Numbered from the stretch's first letter, positions 39,351 to 50,756 are shown. The stretch is DNA of 64,000 nt from a bacterium (GCA_030649835.1 JAUSES010000060.1:6411-70410); one strand, 5' to 3'. Made by a program: numbers and translations. Notes: generated by a model from the letters alone, not told the origin.

Positions 39351-42074
39351 ATGAGCAACAAAACAGAAAAAATACTCCATGAAAACTCACCTGAGCGTGC
39401 TGGCAATAATACTAATGAAGGCCTAGCATCAGATACAGTCAATCTACTATTACTTTTGGGGAAAAGTGAGGGAGATTTTGCTCTCCAAACAATGGGGACC
39501 ACAAGCGATGGTTTACCAATAAATGAGGTAGCGAGTCGTCTAAGTACCTATGGGAAAAATGAAGTAGCACATAAAATGCCTCCACCCTGGTGGGCTCAGT
39601 TTCTCAAAGCGTTTGTAAATCCATTTATCATTATACTTTTTGTTATTGGTATAACATCTTTTATTACAGATATTTTCCTTGCTCACGGAGAAAGTGATTG
39701 GACAAAAATTATTCTCATCTCCATAATGATACTCCTCAGCGGATCCCTCCGTTTTTGGCAAGAATTTCGGTCAGAAAAGGAAGCACAGAAGCTTAAGGCG
39801 CTCGTACAAAACAAGGCGCTGGTTCAAAGAACATCCTGGGGGGACAATGTGGACGAAAAAAAGAGGGAGATTGTCGTTTCAAATCTTGTCCCCGGAGATA
39901 TCGTTCATCTTTCTGCAGGAGATATGGTTCCGGCAGACATGCGTCTCATTTCCTCGGATGATTTTTTTGTGAGTCAATCTGCTCTCACAGGAGAATCCAA
40001 CCCTGTTGAAAAGTTTTCAATCCCACACACAGATCGTGAATGGGCTGAGGCACAAAAAGACTATGATGCAAATAACCCCCTTGAGCTCAACACGCTCTGT
40101 TTTTTAGGAACGAGTGTGGTAAGTGGATATGCGTCAGGCGTCGTCATCACCACGGGTGATCAAACATATTTTGGGTCACTTTCAAAAAATATTACCGGGG
40201 AGCGAGCACTCACCAGCTTTGACAAGGGGGTGAGCAAGGTAAGCTACGTGCTCATTTCTTTCATGCTTGTCATGGTGCCACTTGTTTTTATTTTAAATAT
40301 ATTCACAAAAAACAACTGGCATGATGCTTTTTTCTTTGCGCTTGCGGTGGCAGTTGGTCTAACACCCGAAATGCTCCCTTTAGTGATTACGACCAACCTC
40401 GCAAAGGGTGCGTTCAACATGAGCAAAAAGCGTGTAATTGTTAAAAAACTTAATGCAATTCAAAATTTTGGCGCTATGGATGTTTTTTGTACAGACAAAA
40501 CAGGTACGATAACTGAAAATAGAGTAGTTTTGGTCCGTTACCTAGACTCCGTGGGCAAAGAGAGTGGGCGTGTACTTGGTATCGCTTATCTTAACAGCTA
40601 CTTTCAAACAGGACTCAAAAACCTCGTAGACCAGGCAGTAATAGAGCGAATGGAAAACGAACATCGCGGTAAGGAAGCGCTCGAGTATCACAAAATAGAC
40701 GAGATTCCTTTTGATTTTACGAGGCGAAGAATTTCGTTAGTTGTAGAAAAAGATAAGGAGCGACTCTTCATATGCAAGGGGGCCGTTGAAGAAGTTCTAA
40801 AACTTTGTACAAAAGTTGAACAGGACGGAAAAATAATTGACATTAGCGACCTCACCCGCGACAACGCCTCTCTTTTTACAAGAAACCTAAACTCAGATGG
40901 ACTTCGCGTCATTGCGGTGGCATATAAAAAAGTATCCGCTGAAAAGAATATTTACTCTACGAATGACGAGAGGGATCTGATCTTGGTTGGATATGTAGGT
41001 TTTCTTGATCCACCAAAAGCATCAGCAAAAGATTCACTCAGGCTTCTCAAAGACAGTGGTATTCAGGTTAAAATTATAACAGGCGACAATGAAGTAGTGA
41101 CCACCCGTGTCTGTAAAGACGTTGACCTTGGGGATGGTGAAATGCTATTGGGAAGTGACCTCTCAAAATTGACCGACGCAGAGCTCGCCCTAAAGGTTGA
41201 TGCGACGAATATTTTTGCAAAAATTGATCCGCTTCAAAAAGCGCGTATTATTCGCGCTTTAAAAAGCAATGGTCATACCGTCGGCTTTATGGGTGACGGT
41301 ATCAACGATGCCGCAGCGATGCGTGCCGCTGATGTTGGTATCTCCGTTGACACTGCGGTCGATATTGCGAAGGAAGCCGCGGATATTATTTTACTTGAAA
41401 ATGATCTGCATGTATTGAGCGGAGGGGTACTAGAGGGTCGTATGGTATTTGGAAATATTATGAAGTACATTAAGATGACTTCGAGTTCTAACTTTGGTAA
41501 CGTCATCAGCATCCTCGTTGCGAGCGCATTTCTTCCTTTCCTCCCGATGCTCCCTGTTCAACTTCTAATCCAAAATCTTCTGTATGATTTCTCTCAAATG
41601 TCACTCCCGTGGGACCGGATGGATGCGGAGTTTCTTGAGAAACCCAGAAAATGGGACGCAGGGGGCATAGTTCGGTTTATGTTTTTTGTTGGCCCGGTAA
41701 GCTCCGTCTTTGACATCATCACCTTCCTAACCCTCTGGTTTGTATTTAGCGCAAATGCACCTGAGGTGCAGTCCTTGTTCCAATCTGGCTGGTTCATAGA
41801 GGGGCTCATTTCACAGACACTCATCATTCATATGATACGTACACAAAAGATTCCTTTCTTGCAAAGCACGGCTACCCGCCCCGTAGTCCTCTCCACACTT
41901 GCTATTATCCTTGCGGGGGCGATCCTCCCCTTCACATCCATAGGAGGAAGCGTGGGATTTCAAGGATTACCTATGGTCTACTTTGTATTTCTTGGAGCGG
42001 TGCTTCTTGCCTACTGTATCGCTATACAATTAGTTAAAACATTATATATACGGAAGTTCAAAATTTGGTTATAA
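39351..42074 (+). CDS. mgtA: Magnesium-transporting P-type ATPase
   Basis: LTGES, LTPEMLP, DKTGT, GDGIND, SSNFGN, QNLLYD. Confidence 0.97.
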   Translation: MSNKTEKILHENSPERAGNNTNEGLASDTVNLLLLLGKSEGDFALQTMGTTSDGLPINEVASRLSTYGKNEVAHKMPPPWWAQFLKAFVNPFIIILFVIGITSFITDIFLAHGESDWTKIILISIMILLSGSLRFWQEFRSEKEAQKLKALVQNKALVQRTSWGDNVDEKKREIVVSNLVPGDIVHLSAGDMVPADMRLISSDDFFVSQSALTGESNPVEKFSIPHTDREWAEAQKDYDANNPLELNTLCFLGTSVVSGYASGVVITTGDQTYFGSLSKNITGERALTSFDKGVSKVSYVLISFMLVMVPLVFILNIFTKNNWHDAFFFALAVAVGLTPEMLPLVITTNLAKGAFNMSKKRVIVKKLNAIQNFGAMDVFCTDKTGTITENRVVLVRYLDSVGKESGRVLGIAYLNSYFQTGLKNLVDQAVIERMENEHRGKEALEYHKIDEIPFDFTRRRISLVVEKDKERLFICKGAVEEVLKLCTKVEQDGKIIDISDLTRDNASLFTRNLNSDGLRVIAVAYKKVSAEKNIYSTNDERDLILVGYVGFLDPPKASAKDSLRLLKDSGIQVKIITGDNEVVTTRVCKDVDLGDGEMLLGSDLSKLTDAELALKVDATNIFAKIDPLQKARIIRALKSNGHTVGFMGDGINDAAAMRAADVGISVDTAVDIAKEAADIILLENDLHVLSGGVLEGRMVFGNIMKYIKMTSSSNFGNVISILVASAFLPFLPMLPVQLLIQNLLYDFSQMSLPWDRMDAEFLEKPRKWDAGGIVRFMFFVGPVSSVFDIITFLTLWFVFSANAPEVQSLFQSGWFIEGLISQTLIIHMIRTQKIPFLQSTATRPVVLSTLAIILAGAILPFTSIGGSVGFQGLPMVYFVFLGAVLLAYCIAIQLVKTLYIRKFKIWL

Positions 42075-42088
42075 TGACATATCTATAT

Positions 42089-43597
42089 ATGAAATTTTCA
42101 AATAAACAAATTGTCTGGGGTGCCATTATATTTATGATTATCATTGTAGGTTTTTTTTCATTTACAAACAAAAAAACCGTTGTGCTCCAAGCCACGGTAG
42201 CGGTGAAACGAGGCGCAGTCGTTCAGGAAGTTAGTGTTACTGGGCGTGTAAAACCCACACGTGCAGTTGACCTTGGTTTTGAAAAAAGTGGACGGGTGTC
42301 GAGGGTTTATGTACATGTGGGAAATTATATAGACCAGGGAGCTGTGCTTGCTGAAATAAATTCTTCTGACGCAGAAGGAGGGTTGCTCGAAGCTGAGGCT
42401 CGTCTCACCGAGCTAAAGCGCGGATCCCGCCCCGAGGAGATTGCAGTAAAGGAAGCGGAGCTTAAGAAATATATTCAAGATTTGAATAATAGTTTTGTGG
42501 GTATTTCTGACATTATCAATGATGCAAGCAACAAAGCTGATGATGCGCTTCATTCAAAAACAGCAGGTGTGTTTTCCGGATTTAAAACATCATCATATAA
42601 ATATGCTTTCTCGGTATGTGATAGTCAGCTTGCGATAAGTGGCGAGTGGCTCCGTCTCACTGAAGAAACAAATCTTGATCTATGGCGTAGTGAGATTGCT
42701 TCCCTCCCTATATCCCCCTCAAACGTAGATCTCGAGGCATCTCTTGATCGCGCGGGAAAACACCTTGAGTCTTTGAAATTATTTCTTGAAAATGTGAATC
42801 GCGCGCTCACCCTAGACTGCACCATTGCCAACACTGCTCTTGATACCTATCGCACCAATATCAGCACCGCACGCACAAACATCACTACTGCACTTTTGAA
42901 CGTGAATACGAGAAAGCAGTCCATAGCGACACTTTCGCTCGCTGTTTCCAAGGTGCGCGATGAACTTTCACTTCTCAAAGCAGGTACCGCAAGTGAAGTA
43001 GTGGCTGCCCAGGAAGCCCGAGTACTTTCTGCTCGAGGCGAGCTTACAAAATATCGCATCACTGCACCTATTGCCGGCATCGTGACAAAAATAGACATAA
43101 AAGCTGGTGAAATGTCTTCAGCGGGTAAAATAGTATTCTCTATCATCTCTAATGCTTCATTCCAAATTGAGGCAAATGTTCCTGAAGCAGATATTGCAAA
43201 GATAAAAATTGGAGACCGTGCATCGATCACCCTCGATGCATACGGGTCAGATGAACATTTTGAAGCACGTGTCTCAGCTATTGACCCCGCAGAGACAGTT
43301 ATTGATAATGTTCCTACTTATAAAGTTACGCTTCATTTTTCAAAAAACGATGCACGAATAAAGTCGGGGATGACCGCAAATATTGATATATCGACAGCTT
43401 CCAGAGAACAGGTGCTCCTTATCCCCGAGCGGTCTGTCATTGTCAAAGACGGCGCAAGGTTTGTTCGCAAAACGCTTCCCGACGGTGCAACAAGCGATGT
43501 CCCGATAGCTGTCGGGCTCAAAGGATCAGATGGATCTATAGAAATACTTTCGGGAATCGAAGAAGGCACATCCATAATAATGGCACCAAAGGACTAG
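42089..43597 (+). CDS. MacA/HlyD-type membrane fusion protein
   Basis: SG.V..V.V..G..I.QG..LA, long alpha hairpin, I.API.G.V, VPEADI, GMTAN. Confidence 0.9.
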   Translation: MKFSNKQIVWGAIIFMIIIVGFFSFTNKKTVVLQATVAVKRGAVVQEVSVTGRVKPTRAVDLGFEKSGRVSRVYVHVGNYIDQGAVLAEINSSDAEGGLLEAEARLTELKRGSRPEEIAVKEAELKKYIQDLNNSFVGISDIINDASNKADDALHSKTAGVFSGFKTSSYKYAFSVCDSQLAISGEWLRLTEETNLDLWRSEIASLPISPSNVDLEASLDRAGKHLESLKLFLENVNRALTLDCTIANTALDTYRTNISTARTNITTALLNVNTRKQSIATLSLAVSKVRDELSLLKAGTASEVVAAQEARVLSARGELTKYRITAPIAGIVTKIDIKAGEMSSAGKIVFSIISNASFQIEANVPEADIAKIKIGDRASITLDAYGSDEHFEARVSAIDPAETVIDNVPTYKVTLHFSKNDARIKSGMTANIDISTASREQVLLIPERSVIVKDGARFVRKTLPDGATSDVPIAVGLKGSDGSIEILSGIEEGTSIIMAPKD

Positions 43598-43658
43598 CTC
43601 CCTGTGGCAAAGCCACCCACCTAAATTCTAAATTCAAAATTCTATATCCTATTCTTGT

Positions 43659-44381
43659 ATGCCCCTCATAGAAGTAACAAATCTCGAAAAAACATACGTA
43701 AACGATGACGTAGAAACGCCCGTGCTTCATGGTGTTTCATTTAATATAGAACGTGGAGAGTTTGTGGCTCTTATGGGGCCTTCTGGTTCTGGAAAATCCA
43801 CCCTGCTTCACGTGCTTGGTTTTCTTGATGGGTATACGAGTGGTTCATATCGCTTTGATGGAAAGGAAGCAAGCACATACGAGGGTGACGCCACAGCTTT
43901 GATACGTAATAAAAAGTTGGGTTTTATTTTTCAGTCCTTCAATCTTCTTCCTCATGCAAGTGTGAGCGAAAACGTTGCCCTTCCCCTTCTCTATTCAGAT
44001 GTCCCTGAAAATGAGTGGGCGAAGCGTACGATAGATGCGATCGAAATAGTAGGTCTTACGCACCGCAGGGACTACGACACGACGCGCCTTTCTGGTGGAG
44101 AGAAACAACGAGTGGCTATTGCTCGAGCGCTTGTCTGTAACCCCGAGGTGATATTTGCCGATGAGCCAACAGGAAATCTTGACTCAAAATCAGGTGGAGC
44201 GATAATGGAGACCTTACAAAATCTCAACGAAAAGCACGGACACACTATTATCCTTATCACCCACGAAACATACACAGCGGAACATGCAGGACGTATTATT
44301 CGTATCAAAGATGGATTAATTGAGAGCGATACTATTGTTACCAAAAGACGACATACTGATGGTGGTGTTCTAAAAAAATAA
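43659..44381 (+). CDS. ABC transporter ATP-binding protein (MacB/LolD type)
   Basis: [42 protein letters not shown]. Confidence 0.96.
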   Translation: MPLIEVTNLEKTYVNDDVETPVLHGVSFNIERGEFVALMGPSGSGKSTLLHVLGFLDGYTSGSYRFDGKEASTYEGDATALIRNKKLGFIFQSFNLLPHASVSENVALPLLYSDVPENEWAKRTIDAIEIVGLTHRRDYDTTRLSGGEKQRVAIARALVCNPEVIFADEPTGNLDSKSGGAIMETLQNLNEKHGHTIILITHETYTAEHAGRIIRIKDGLIESDTIVTKRRHTDGGVLKK

Positions 44382-44385
44382 GGTC

Positions 44386-45621
44386 ATGCGCTTAAAACAC
44401 AGCATCAAAACTGCATACAACGGGCTTGCGCAAAATGCTGCGCGCTCTTTGCTTACCATTCTTGGTATCGTTATCGGTGTTACGGCAATTATTCTTGTCA
44501 TGTCTTTGGGGCAAGGCGCGCAGAACCTTATCCTAGACCAGGTAAAAGGCATGGGGACACGCACGGTTATTGTCGGTGGGGGTCGGGAGCCGACGGGCCC
44601 ATCTGACGCAGGACAGATATTTAACGACTCACTTAAGAAACGAGACTTAGAATTTTTGGAGCGTCGTGAAAATACGCCAAGCCTCAAATATGTCATGCCA
44701 CTTGTGTTTGGCGCGTCGGGTGCTTCATATCAGAGCGATACGTTTAATCTCACCATTTTTGGCGCATCACCCCTCATGGAAAAGATTTTTGATATGCCTA
44801 TTAAAGATGGGGTGTTTTTCACCGATGAGGATGTTCGCGCGCGTGCAAAGTATGTAATCATTGGAAACAAGGTAAAAAAAGAGCTTTTTGGGAGCGACAC
44901 CGCCGTAGGAAAAATAATAAAGATGAAAGGCAATAATTTCCGAGTTATTGGCGTGCTCGCTGAGCGAGGTCAGGATTTTTTCAACTTTGATGAAGCGGCA
45001 ATAATCCCCTACACGACAGCGCAGGACTATGTGCTTGGCATCAAACATTTTACGCGCTTCATCACTGAGGCACAAAGCGAGGCGCTCATTAGCTCTGCCG
45101 CAGAAGAAATCAAAATCACTCTTCGTGAAGCACACGATCTCACTGGTGACGAAAAGGATGATTTTTTTGTCATTACACAAGTAGACCTTGCTAGTCGCCT
45201 TTCTTCTATCACCTCCGTCCTTACGATTTTCCTCGCGGCAGTAGCTGCTATATCCCTCGTCGTTGGGGGTATTGGCATCATGAATATCATGCTTGTCTCG
45301 GTAACCGAACGCACAAAGGAAATTGGGCTTCGTAAGGCTCTCGGAGCAACTCAAAAAAATATCCTCACGCAGTTTCTGCTTGAGGCAGTGATGCTTACGG
45401 GTATTGGAGGGGTAGTAGGAATACTTTTGGGCGCATTTCTTTCATGGGGAGTCTCTCTCGCTATCAGAACATTTACTTCCATTGTGTGGACATTTAGCTT
45501 CCCTGTTTCAGCAGCACTTCTTGGAATTGGTGTTTCTGCCTTGATTGGCTTAATTTTTGGCCTCTACCCCGCACGCAATGCCGCACAAAAAAACCCTATT
45601 GACGCATTGCGATATGAGTAG
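44386..45621 (+). CDS. ABC transporter permease (MacB/FtsX type)
   Basis: RSLLTILGIVIGV, GGIGIMNIMLVSVTERTKEIGLRKALGA, P..ALRYE. Confidence 0.96.
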   Translation: MRLKHSIKTAYNGLAQNAARSLLTILGIVIGVTAIILVMSLGQGAQNLILDQVKGMGTRTVIVGGGREPTGPSDAGQIFNDSLKKRDLEFLERRENTPSLKYVMPLVFGASGASYQSDTFNLTIFGASPLMEKIFDMPIKDGVFFTDEDVRARAKYVIIGNKVKKELFGSDTAVGKIIKMKGNNFRVIGVLAERGQDFFNFDEAAIIPYTTAQDYVLGIKHFTRFITEAQSEALISSAAEEIKITLREAHDLTGDEKDDFFVITQVDLASRLSSITSVLTIFLAAVAAISLVVGGIGIMNIMLVSVTERTKEIGLRKALGATQKNILTQFLLEAVMLTGIGGVVGILLGAFLSWGVSLAIRTFTSIVWTFSFPVSAALLGIGVSALIGLIFGLYPARNAAQKNPIDALRYE

Positions 45622-45632
45622 GTAGCAACTAA

Positions 45633-46172
45633 CTAATTTGTAATCTCGCTCCACACCGCAGACGTTACTTCGCCATTGCCCGCGACTCCATTGTCTAAAG
45701 TGACACTGACACTGAGGGACCTTTTGCTTCCTTTCATAATACCTTTTGCTGTAATAATTTTTGGGTCACCAGTAATCCCAGATCCTGCGCTCACAGAAAC
45801 TTTTGCACAGTCGTTATTTAATGCGCATCCATTTGCGCTAAAATCAATAGTATAACAATCAGCGCTAGCGCATGTATAATTTTTGTTACGCGCTATTCGG
45901 ATAAGTGCGTCTCGAGCACCAGCTTCTGCATAAAATTGCGCGCGGGAGGATTGTGCTCCTCCTTGAGATACAAAAAGCTCCGTAAGCGAAAGCGTGGTGA
46001 TGCTCACAGTAACAACAAGCGCGAGCACTCCTAAAATCATCACTGTTGGTAATGTTGCCACTCCACGGGAAAAACGAGGGGGAACGAGGGGGAACGAGGG
46101 GGAACGAAAGAACACAAAAAAGATGCGGTCGCGGTTTGATTTTTTTATGAAATTTTTTTTGTCCATGGTCAT
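45633..46172 (-). CDS. PilX/PilK-like minor pilin
   Basis: RG|VATL hydrophobic helix without E5; A.FYAEAG..DA. Confidence 0.8.
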   Translation of the reverse strand: MTMDKKNFIKKSNRDRIFFVFFRSPSFPLVPPRFSRGVATLPTVMILGVLALVVTVSITTLSLTELFVSQGGAQSSRAQFYAEAGARDALIRIARNKNYTCASADCYTIDFSANGCALNNDCAKVSVSAGSGITGDPKIITAKGIMKGSKRSLSVSVTLDNGVAGNGEVTSAVWSEITN

Positions 46173-46208
46173 TTGTTAATTGTTTCCATTGTTCTCGCTG
46201 TTGACCTG

Positions 46209-46790
46209 TTATCTAAGTGTTATGGTTGTTCGCGATGTGTCAGAATATGTCCAGTCAGTACTTGACGCATTATAGCGCATTGTCATTTCAATGAGTACCG
46301 CTGTTGTGGTGGCATTTAGAATAGAATTATAATTTTCAAAACGAGTAAACACGGGCATTTCCGCCCACACGCTACTTCCGTTTATTGGCTCAGGGGTGCC
46401 CGCGTTTACCGTACGGCGAAGTACTCCACCTACAACGTCGTACATAACTATGTTTCCTGAAACAGTAACACTCAAAGTACTCGCAGGTGTTCCAAGGAGT
46501 GGTGTTGTTACGGTCTGTGCGTTTTTAATATCCTGCTTGATAACCTGATTAGCAAAACGTACTGCACTATTGACCTCGCTCCGCGCTTCTGACTGTCCAC
46601 GACCTTTTGCGAGTGAAATGAAGGCATTTGCTACAATCACTACCAACACAGAGAGAATAGCAACGTAAATTAGGAGTTCAAGTAGCGAGACCCCTCTCTG
46701 GGGAGAATGGGGAATGGAGAATGGGGAATTTTCATTCTCTATTTTCTTTTCTCCACTATTCATTCCTATTTTAGATGTTTTGTATTTCAT
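46209..46790 (-). CDS. PilW-like minor pilin
   Basis: RG|VSLLELLIYVAI prepilin motif; I.QDIKNA. Confidence 0.85.
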   Translation of the reverse strand: MKYKTSKIGMNSGEKKIENENSPFSIPHSPQRGVSLLELLIYVAILSVLVVIVANAFISLAKGRGQSEARSEVNSAVRFANQVIKQDIKNAQTVTTPLLGTPASTLSVTVSGNIVMYDVVGGVLRRTVNAGTPEPINGSSVWAEMPVFTRFENYNSILNATTTAVLIEMTMRYNASSTDWTYSDTSRTTITLR

Positions 46791-46878
46791 ATTTATTGTT
46801 TCCCTTCCCCCATCTGCCCATTCCCTCCCTTTCCCCCTCTCTCCCCATTCACCATTCTCTCTTCCTTTCCCTGTATTT

Positions 46879-48177
46879 TTACGGTGCCCAGTTTACTACC
46901 ACGTCACTCACCTTAGGACTTGCGCCCCCGCTCGCAGTGCAGTCTGCTGAGCAAATTTGTATTCTATAGCGAAAATATCTTTTGTTGTTTTGCGACTGAC
47001 GAGCCGAACAAGCTATTTCAACAGGTTTACCGGGCCCACCACCGAGGCCTGAGGTGCCCGTGTCATACCATGACGAAGTATTGCACGTTGCTCCACCATC
47101 GCTACTGCCATAAAAAGTCCACGGCCCCGTATCACTATCTGAAGTAGCAACTTGAAATTGGACTTTTCCTGTTCCTTCTGTCCCCTTCCACATGATTGAG
47201 TTATACGCTGGACCTTGGTCGGCTCCTACGGTCACAAACGTATCAAGTACAGCCGAGGAGAGCTCTCCCGTAGGAGGAAGTCCTGTACAAACTGCAGGTT
47301 TGTATTTATGAGTTTCTTCCAACTTTATTCCTAATCCATAAATCGTAATATCAGTGGGATTGAAATTGAGCACATGGGGGTAGGATCCTGCTGAGGTTGG
47401 GTTTATTGTATCTACGGGGTCCTTATAGTCGATCTCAAATGGTGTGGGAACACCTCCTGTACTAGGCAGAGTAAACGTTTTTTCGGTAGCAGGAATGTTA
47501 TCGATCATAAAAGTTATTGTTCCGCTAGTGACACTTTCATATACCCCGGACGCAGTAAAGCGAAGCGATTTTATTGCTGGAGTAATTCCTGAAAGATTGT
47601 CTCCAATAAAAAGTGTAAACGGAAACTCTGTATTTACTGAAAGTGGAGCATCTGAATCACCAATCATTGATTCTGTCGTTTTGACCTTAAGGTTAGTTGG
47701 CCAGCCGTCTGCACATGTGGGAGGCACGTATCGGTGAGTTTCTTCCATCTTAATACTCATGCCGTACATAGTAACACCGGAATTTATATCAAACGTATAG
47801 GTATACGAGCCGGGAGTAGAGGGGTTAATTTTGCCTGAGTGATCTTTATAGTTAATCTCAAACGGCGTTGGTGTCCCCCCTACGTTGGGGAGCGTAACTA
47901 TTTTTGAGGTGCCAGAGTCATTGTCTATCATCGCCTCTACGGTGCCAACACCTGTGTAAACACCCGACACAGTGAAGTGGATTGATTTTAGCGGGTTTAC
48001 CACACCCGAAAGATCGTCCCCAATATAGAGCGTGAATAGGTATGACTGCGAGCCTATAAAAGTAGCATCTTCGCTCGCTATAAGTGTCTCTGTGGTTTTG
48101 ACTTGGTCAACGGCGAAAACAGAGTGCGCAATGATTCCAAAGCTGATTATAAAGAGTGTTGTGCGAAATATCTTCAT
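46879..48177 (-). CDS. Secreted protein with a tandemly duplicated beta domain
   Basis: Signal peptide; two ~140-aa repeats (VKTTE...IGD.LSG...SGVY...PTPFEI.YKD); C-terminal RYFRYRI domain. Confidence 0.8.
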   Translation of the reverse strand: MKIFRTTLFIISFGIIAHSVFAVDQVKTTETLIASEDATFIGSQSYLFTLYIGDDLSGVVNPLKSIHFTVSGVYTGVGTVEAMIDNDSGTSKIVTLPNVGGTPTPFEINYKDHSGKINPSTPGSYTYTFDINSGVTMYGMSIKMEETHRYVPPTCADGWPTNLKVKTTESMIGDSDAPLSVNTEFPFTLFIGDNLSGITPAIKSLRFTASGVYESVTSGTITFMIDNIPATEKTFTLPSTGGVPTPFEIDYKDPVDTINPTSAGSYPHVLNFNPTDITIYGLGIKLEETHKYKPAVCTGLPPTGELSSAVLDTFVTVGADQGPAYNSIMWKGTEGTGKVQFQVATSDSDTGPWTFYGSSDGGATCNTSSWYDTGTSGLGGGPGKPVEIACSARQSQNNKRYFRYRIQICSADCTASGGASPKVSDVVVNWAP

Positions 48178-48183
48178 AATAAA

Positions 48184-48852
48184 TTAGCGAACAAGCATAG
48201 TTGTGTTGCCCAGTGAAGTAGAAAGACCATATTGCCAAATTTTTCCATCCTCACTATAGAAAAAAATGAGTGAATTTAATGCTGCATCAGAAAACTGTGA
48301 CAGAGCCTGTATGGAAATAATTGCATCCCTTGAATCATACCAATTCCTAGGAAGAATGTACCCAGTCGATGTAGTTTCAGTTTCCCTTTGTACAGTGATT
48401 GAGTTACCCTGAATAATTATCTCATACCCTTTCTTTTTCAATTTCGATCCAAAAGCAAACTGCCATGCACTACTTTTCCCTTGAAGTGTTACAGTCCCGA
48501 GAGACTTAACAAAGATAAGACTTGCATCATTTGACCATTTTTTTGCATCAACAACCGCTACATCAAAGGCATTTTTCAATGTAAATATAGCGTCTGGAAC
48601 TACAATCTCGTCACCTTTCATCTTTGGGACAAGAGGTACATTGTAACCACTTAATACAAACGTTCGCCCACCACCTACCGTAATCTTTTCGGTTTCTGGG
48701 ACGACAATTTTATCATTAACAACTTTCGGCTTTTCAAAAAAATTCACCGCTTTTTTAAACGAGGGTGATTTGCTCGAGAGAAATTCACCAGTTGCTAAGG
48801 CAACGATGATAATTATGGATGCAATAATAATTTTTATATATTTATTTATCAT
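48184..48852 (-). CDS. Membrane-anchored hypothetical protein
   Basis: N-terminal TM helix; AKKWSNDA.L...G.S.AW.F.F pattern. Confidence 0.7.
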   Translation of the reverse strand: MINKYIKIIIASIIIIVALATGEFLSSKSPSFKKAVNFFEKPKVVNDKIVVPETEKITVGGGRTFVLSGYNVPLVPKMKGDEIVVPDAIFTLKNAFDVAVVDAKKWSNDASLIFVKSLGTVTLQGKSSAWQFAFGSKLKKKGYEIIIQGNSITVQRETETTSTGYILPRNWYDSRDAIISIQALSQFSDAALNSLIFFYSEDGKIWQYGLSTSLGNTTMLVR

Positions 48853-48857
48853 ATTTC

Positions 48858-50741
48858 TTATTTAATGCCCACCAACGCTTTAATCTCTTGCCCACTATCA
48901 AGTATCGCCTTAATTTGCCACGTACCCGTGGACATGTTGTCGGTAGAGAGATTATAGTTGTAAAGTTTCTGCCCATCAATTCTGAACTGATTCCCTGTAT
49001 CTGCAACGACAGCAGAAAATGGAATACTATCGCTTCCTATCACATTATTGCTAATCTTTGCAATATAAAGATGTGCAGTTGCTTGCGTAGCAAAATTACC
49101 ATTTGCATCTGAAAGGGCAAATTTCACTGGGAGCGTTCTTCCTAGATTATATACTGCGCTGCCATCAGATTTTATGGGGGGGAGGAAGCCAGTTGTATTA
49201 TAGTTTACAGTAAACGTCTTTGTCAGCGTTGTAACATTACCATTATTGTCTGTTGCAATAATCATAAGAACATTACTGCCAAGCTTGTCTAATGTGACAA
49301 TTTGATTATTGCTGACACTTACACCATTTACAGTTGCAAAAATATTTGCGGTGCCAAAAATATTATCGATGGCCTGAAATTGTATTTCAAGATTAGAATT
49401 TAAAAGATACAGTGAACCAATATCCGAGGTAATAATTTTTATTGGGATAATTCTCTCAATGACACACCCGTTTGTACGAATAATGTAAGATGTATCAGGA
49501 ATATATTTTACCGGTGTATTTTCAGATAACGACACAGTGTTACCGCACACCGTGGTTTTAATTGTGTACACATCATCTGGTTGTGCACCGGACTCAGGAA
49601 CAACTCTAATCGCATAGTCACCACTTTTAAGCTGATCAACTGAAGCTATTTCGTATTCTAAAGTATAGTCTCCATCGGATTCTGTGAGTTCAAAATAATC
49701 TGCGTTTGCTCCAAAATCATTTTGGGTCTTACTTAGTATCAATCCATCTGGATCGGTAATAATTACATCAACGGGGCTATATACTGAAACAGAAAACGCA
49801 GATTTAACGTAATTAAAAAAGAGAAGTGGGTCAAGTGCAGTTGTTAATCGATAGTCCAAATTAACTGGAATATCTCCTTGTCTTACTTCGAAATGAAGAT
49901 GTGGAGCAGTACTCACCCCAGTGGTGCCAACAGTACCAAGAATTTCTCCTTGTTCAACTGGTTTCCCGACATAAGTGCTGGTAGCTATTGTGTCCATATG
50001 TAAATATCTTGTTGATATTTTTTCCGCAATGGTACCATCCTTCCTTGTGACACTTCCATGAGAAACCCATACCCATTTACCGGCGGGGCTATCATTGATA
50101 CTATCTATTCTTACAATCGTTCCCTTCGCCGTGGATTTTACCGGCTTCTGGTTGAGCGTCTTGTCTATATCTATTCCATAATGATTACGAGCGGGATCAA
50201 GTTCCTGTTTGAGAATGCCGCTGTCTGTTGGATTTATCATTTGTGGTGACAATGGCTGGGCTCCAATTGCTATTTTACTAACAGTGTTGGAGCCAGAATT
50301 TGTTACCCAAACCGAATTAGTGACATTGTCGAATGCAATTCCATGAGGGAATACGCCAGTAGAATAATCAACCATGGCTCCTGTATTAATGTTCACCTTA
50401 CTTACAGTATTAATGGAACCGTTTGCTACCCACACAGAATTTGTCACATTGTCAAATGCAACACCCAATAGTCTTCCACGAACATCAAAATCAACTCTAG
50501 CGCCTGTATTAATATCTACTTTGCTTACAGTATTAGAGTAATAATTTGTTACCCACACAGAGTTAGTAACATTGTCAAATGCAACACCCCATGGCTCACT
50601 ACCAACAGGATACTCAACCCTTGTCCCCGCAGGTGGAGCAACTTGCGCGAAGATAGTATTGGTATTAACAAAAACTGAACACACGATGACAATGTTAGCT
50701 ATAACGAATTTAAAAAACTTTTGGGTAAAATATTTTTTCAT
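48858..50741 (-). CDS. Secreted protein: beta-propeller repeats + M23 peptidase + PxKF-type domain
   Basis: Three VAFDNVTNSVWV.N-type repeats; HYGID, YLHM, GTTG.STAPHLHFE; GFLPP...GRTLPVKF. Confidence 0.85.
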   Translation of the reverse strand: MKKYFTQKFFKFVIANIVIVCSVFVNTNTIFAQVAPPAGTRVEYPVGSEPWGVAFDNVTNSVWVTNYYSNTVSKVDINTGARVDFDVRGRLLGVAFDNVTNSVWVANGSINTVSKVNINTGAMVDYSTGVFPHGIAFDNVTNSVWVTNSGSNTVSKIAIGAQPLSPQMINPTDSGILKQELDPARNHYGIDIDKTLNQKPVKSTAKGTIVRIDSINDSPAGKWVWVSHGSVTRKDGTIAEKISTRYLHMDTIATSTYVGKPVEQGEILGTVGTTGVSTAPHLHFEVRQGDIPVNLDYRLTTALDPLLFFNYVKSAFSVSVYSPVDVIITDPDGLILSKTQNDFGANADYFELTESDGDYTLEYEIASVDQLKSGDYAIRVVPESGAQPDDVYTIKTTVCGNTVSLSENTPVKYIPDTSYIIRTNGCVIERIIPIKIITSDIGSLYLLNSNLEIQFQAIDNIFGTANIFATVNGVSVSNNQIVTLDKLGSNVLMIIATDNNGNVTTLTKTFTVNYNTTGFLPPIKSDGSAVYNLGRTLPVKFALSDANGNFATQATAHLYIAKISNNVIGSDSIPFSAVVADTGNQFRIDGQKLYNYNLSTDNMSTGTWQIKAILDSGQEIKALVGIK

Positions 50742-50756
50742 AGATTTTTTATTAAT

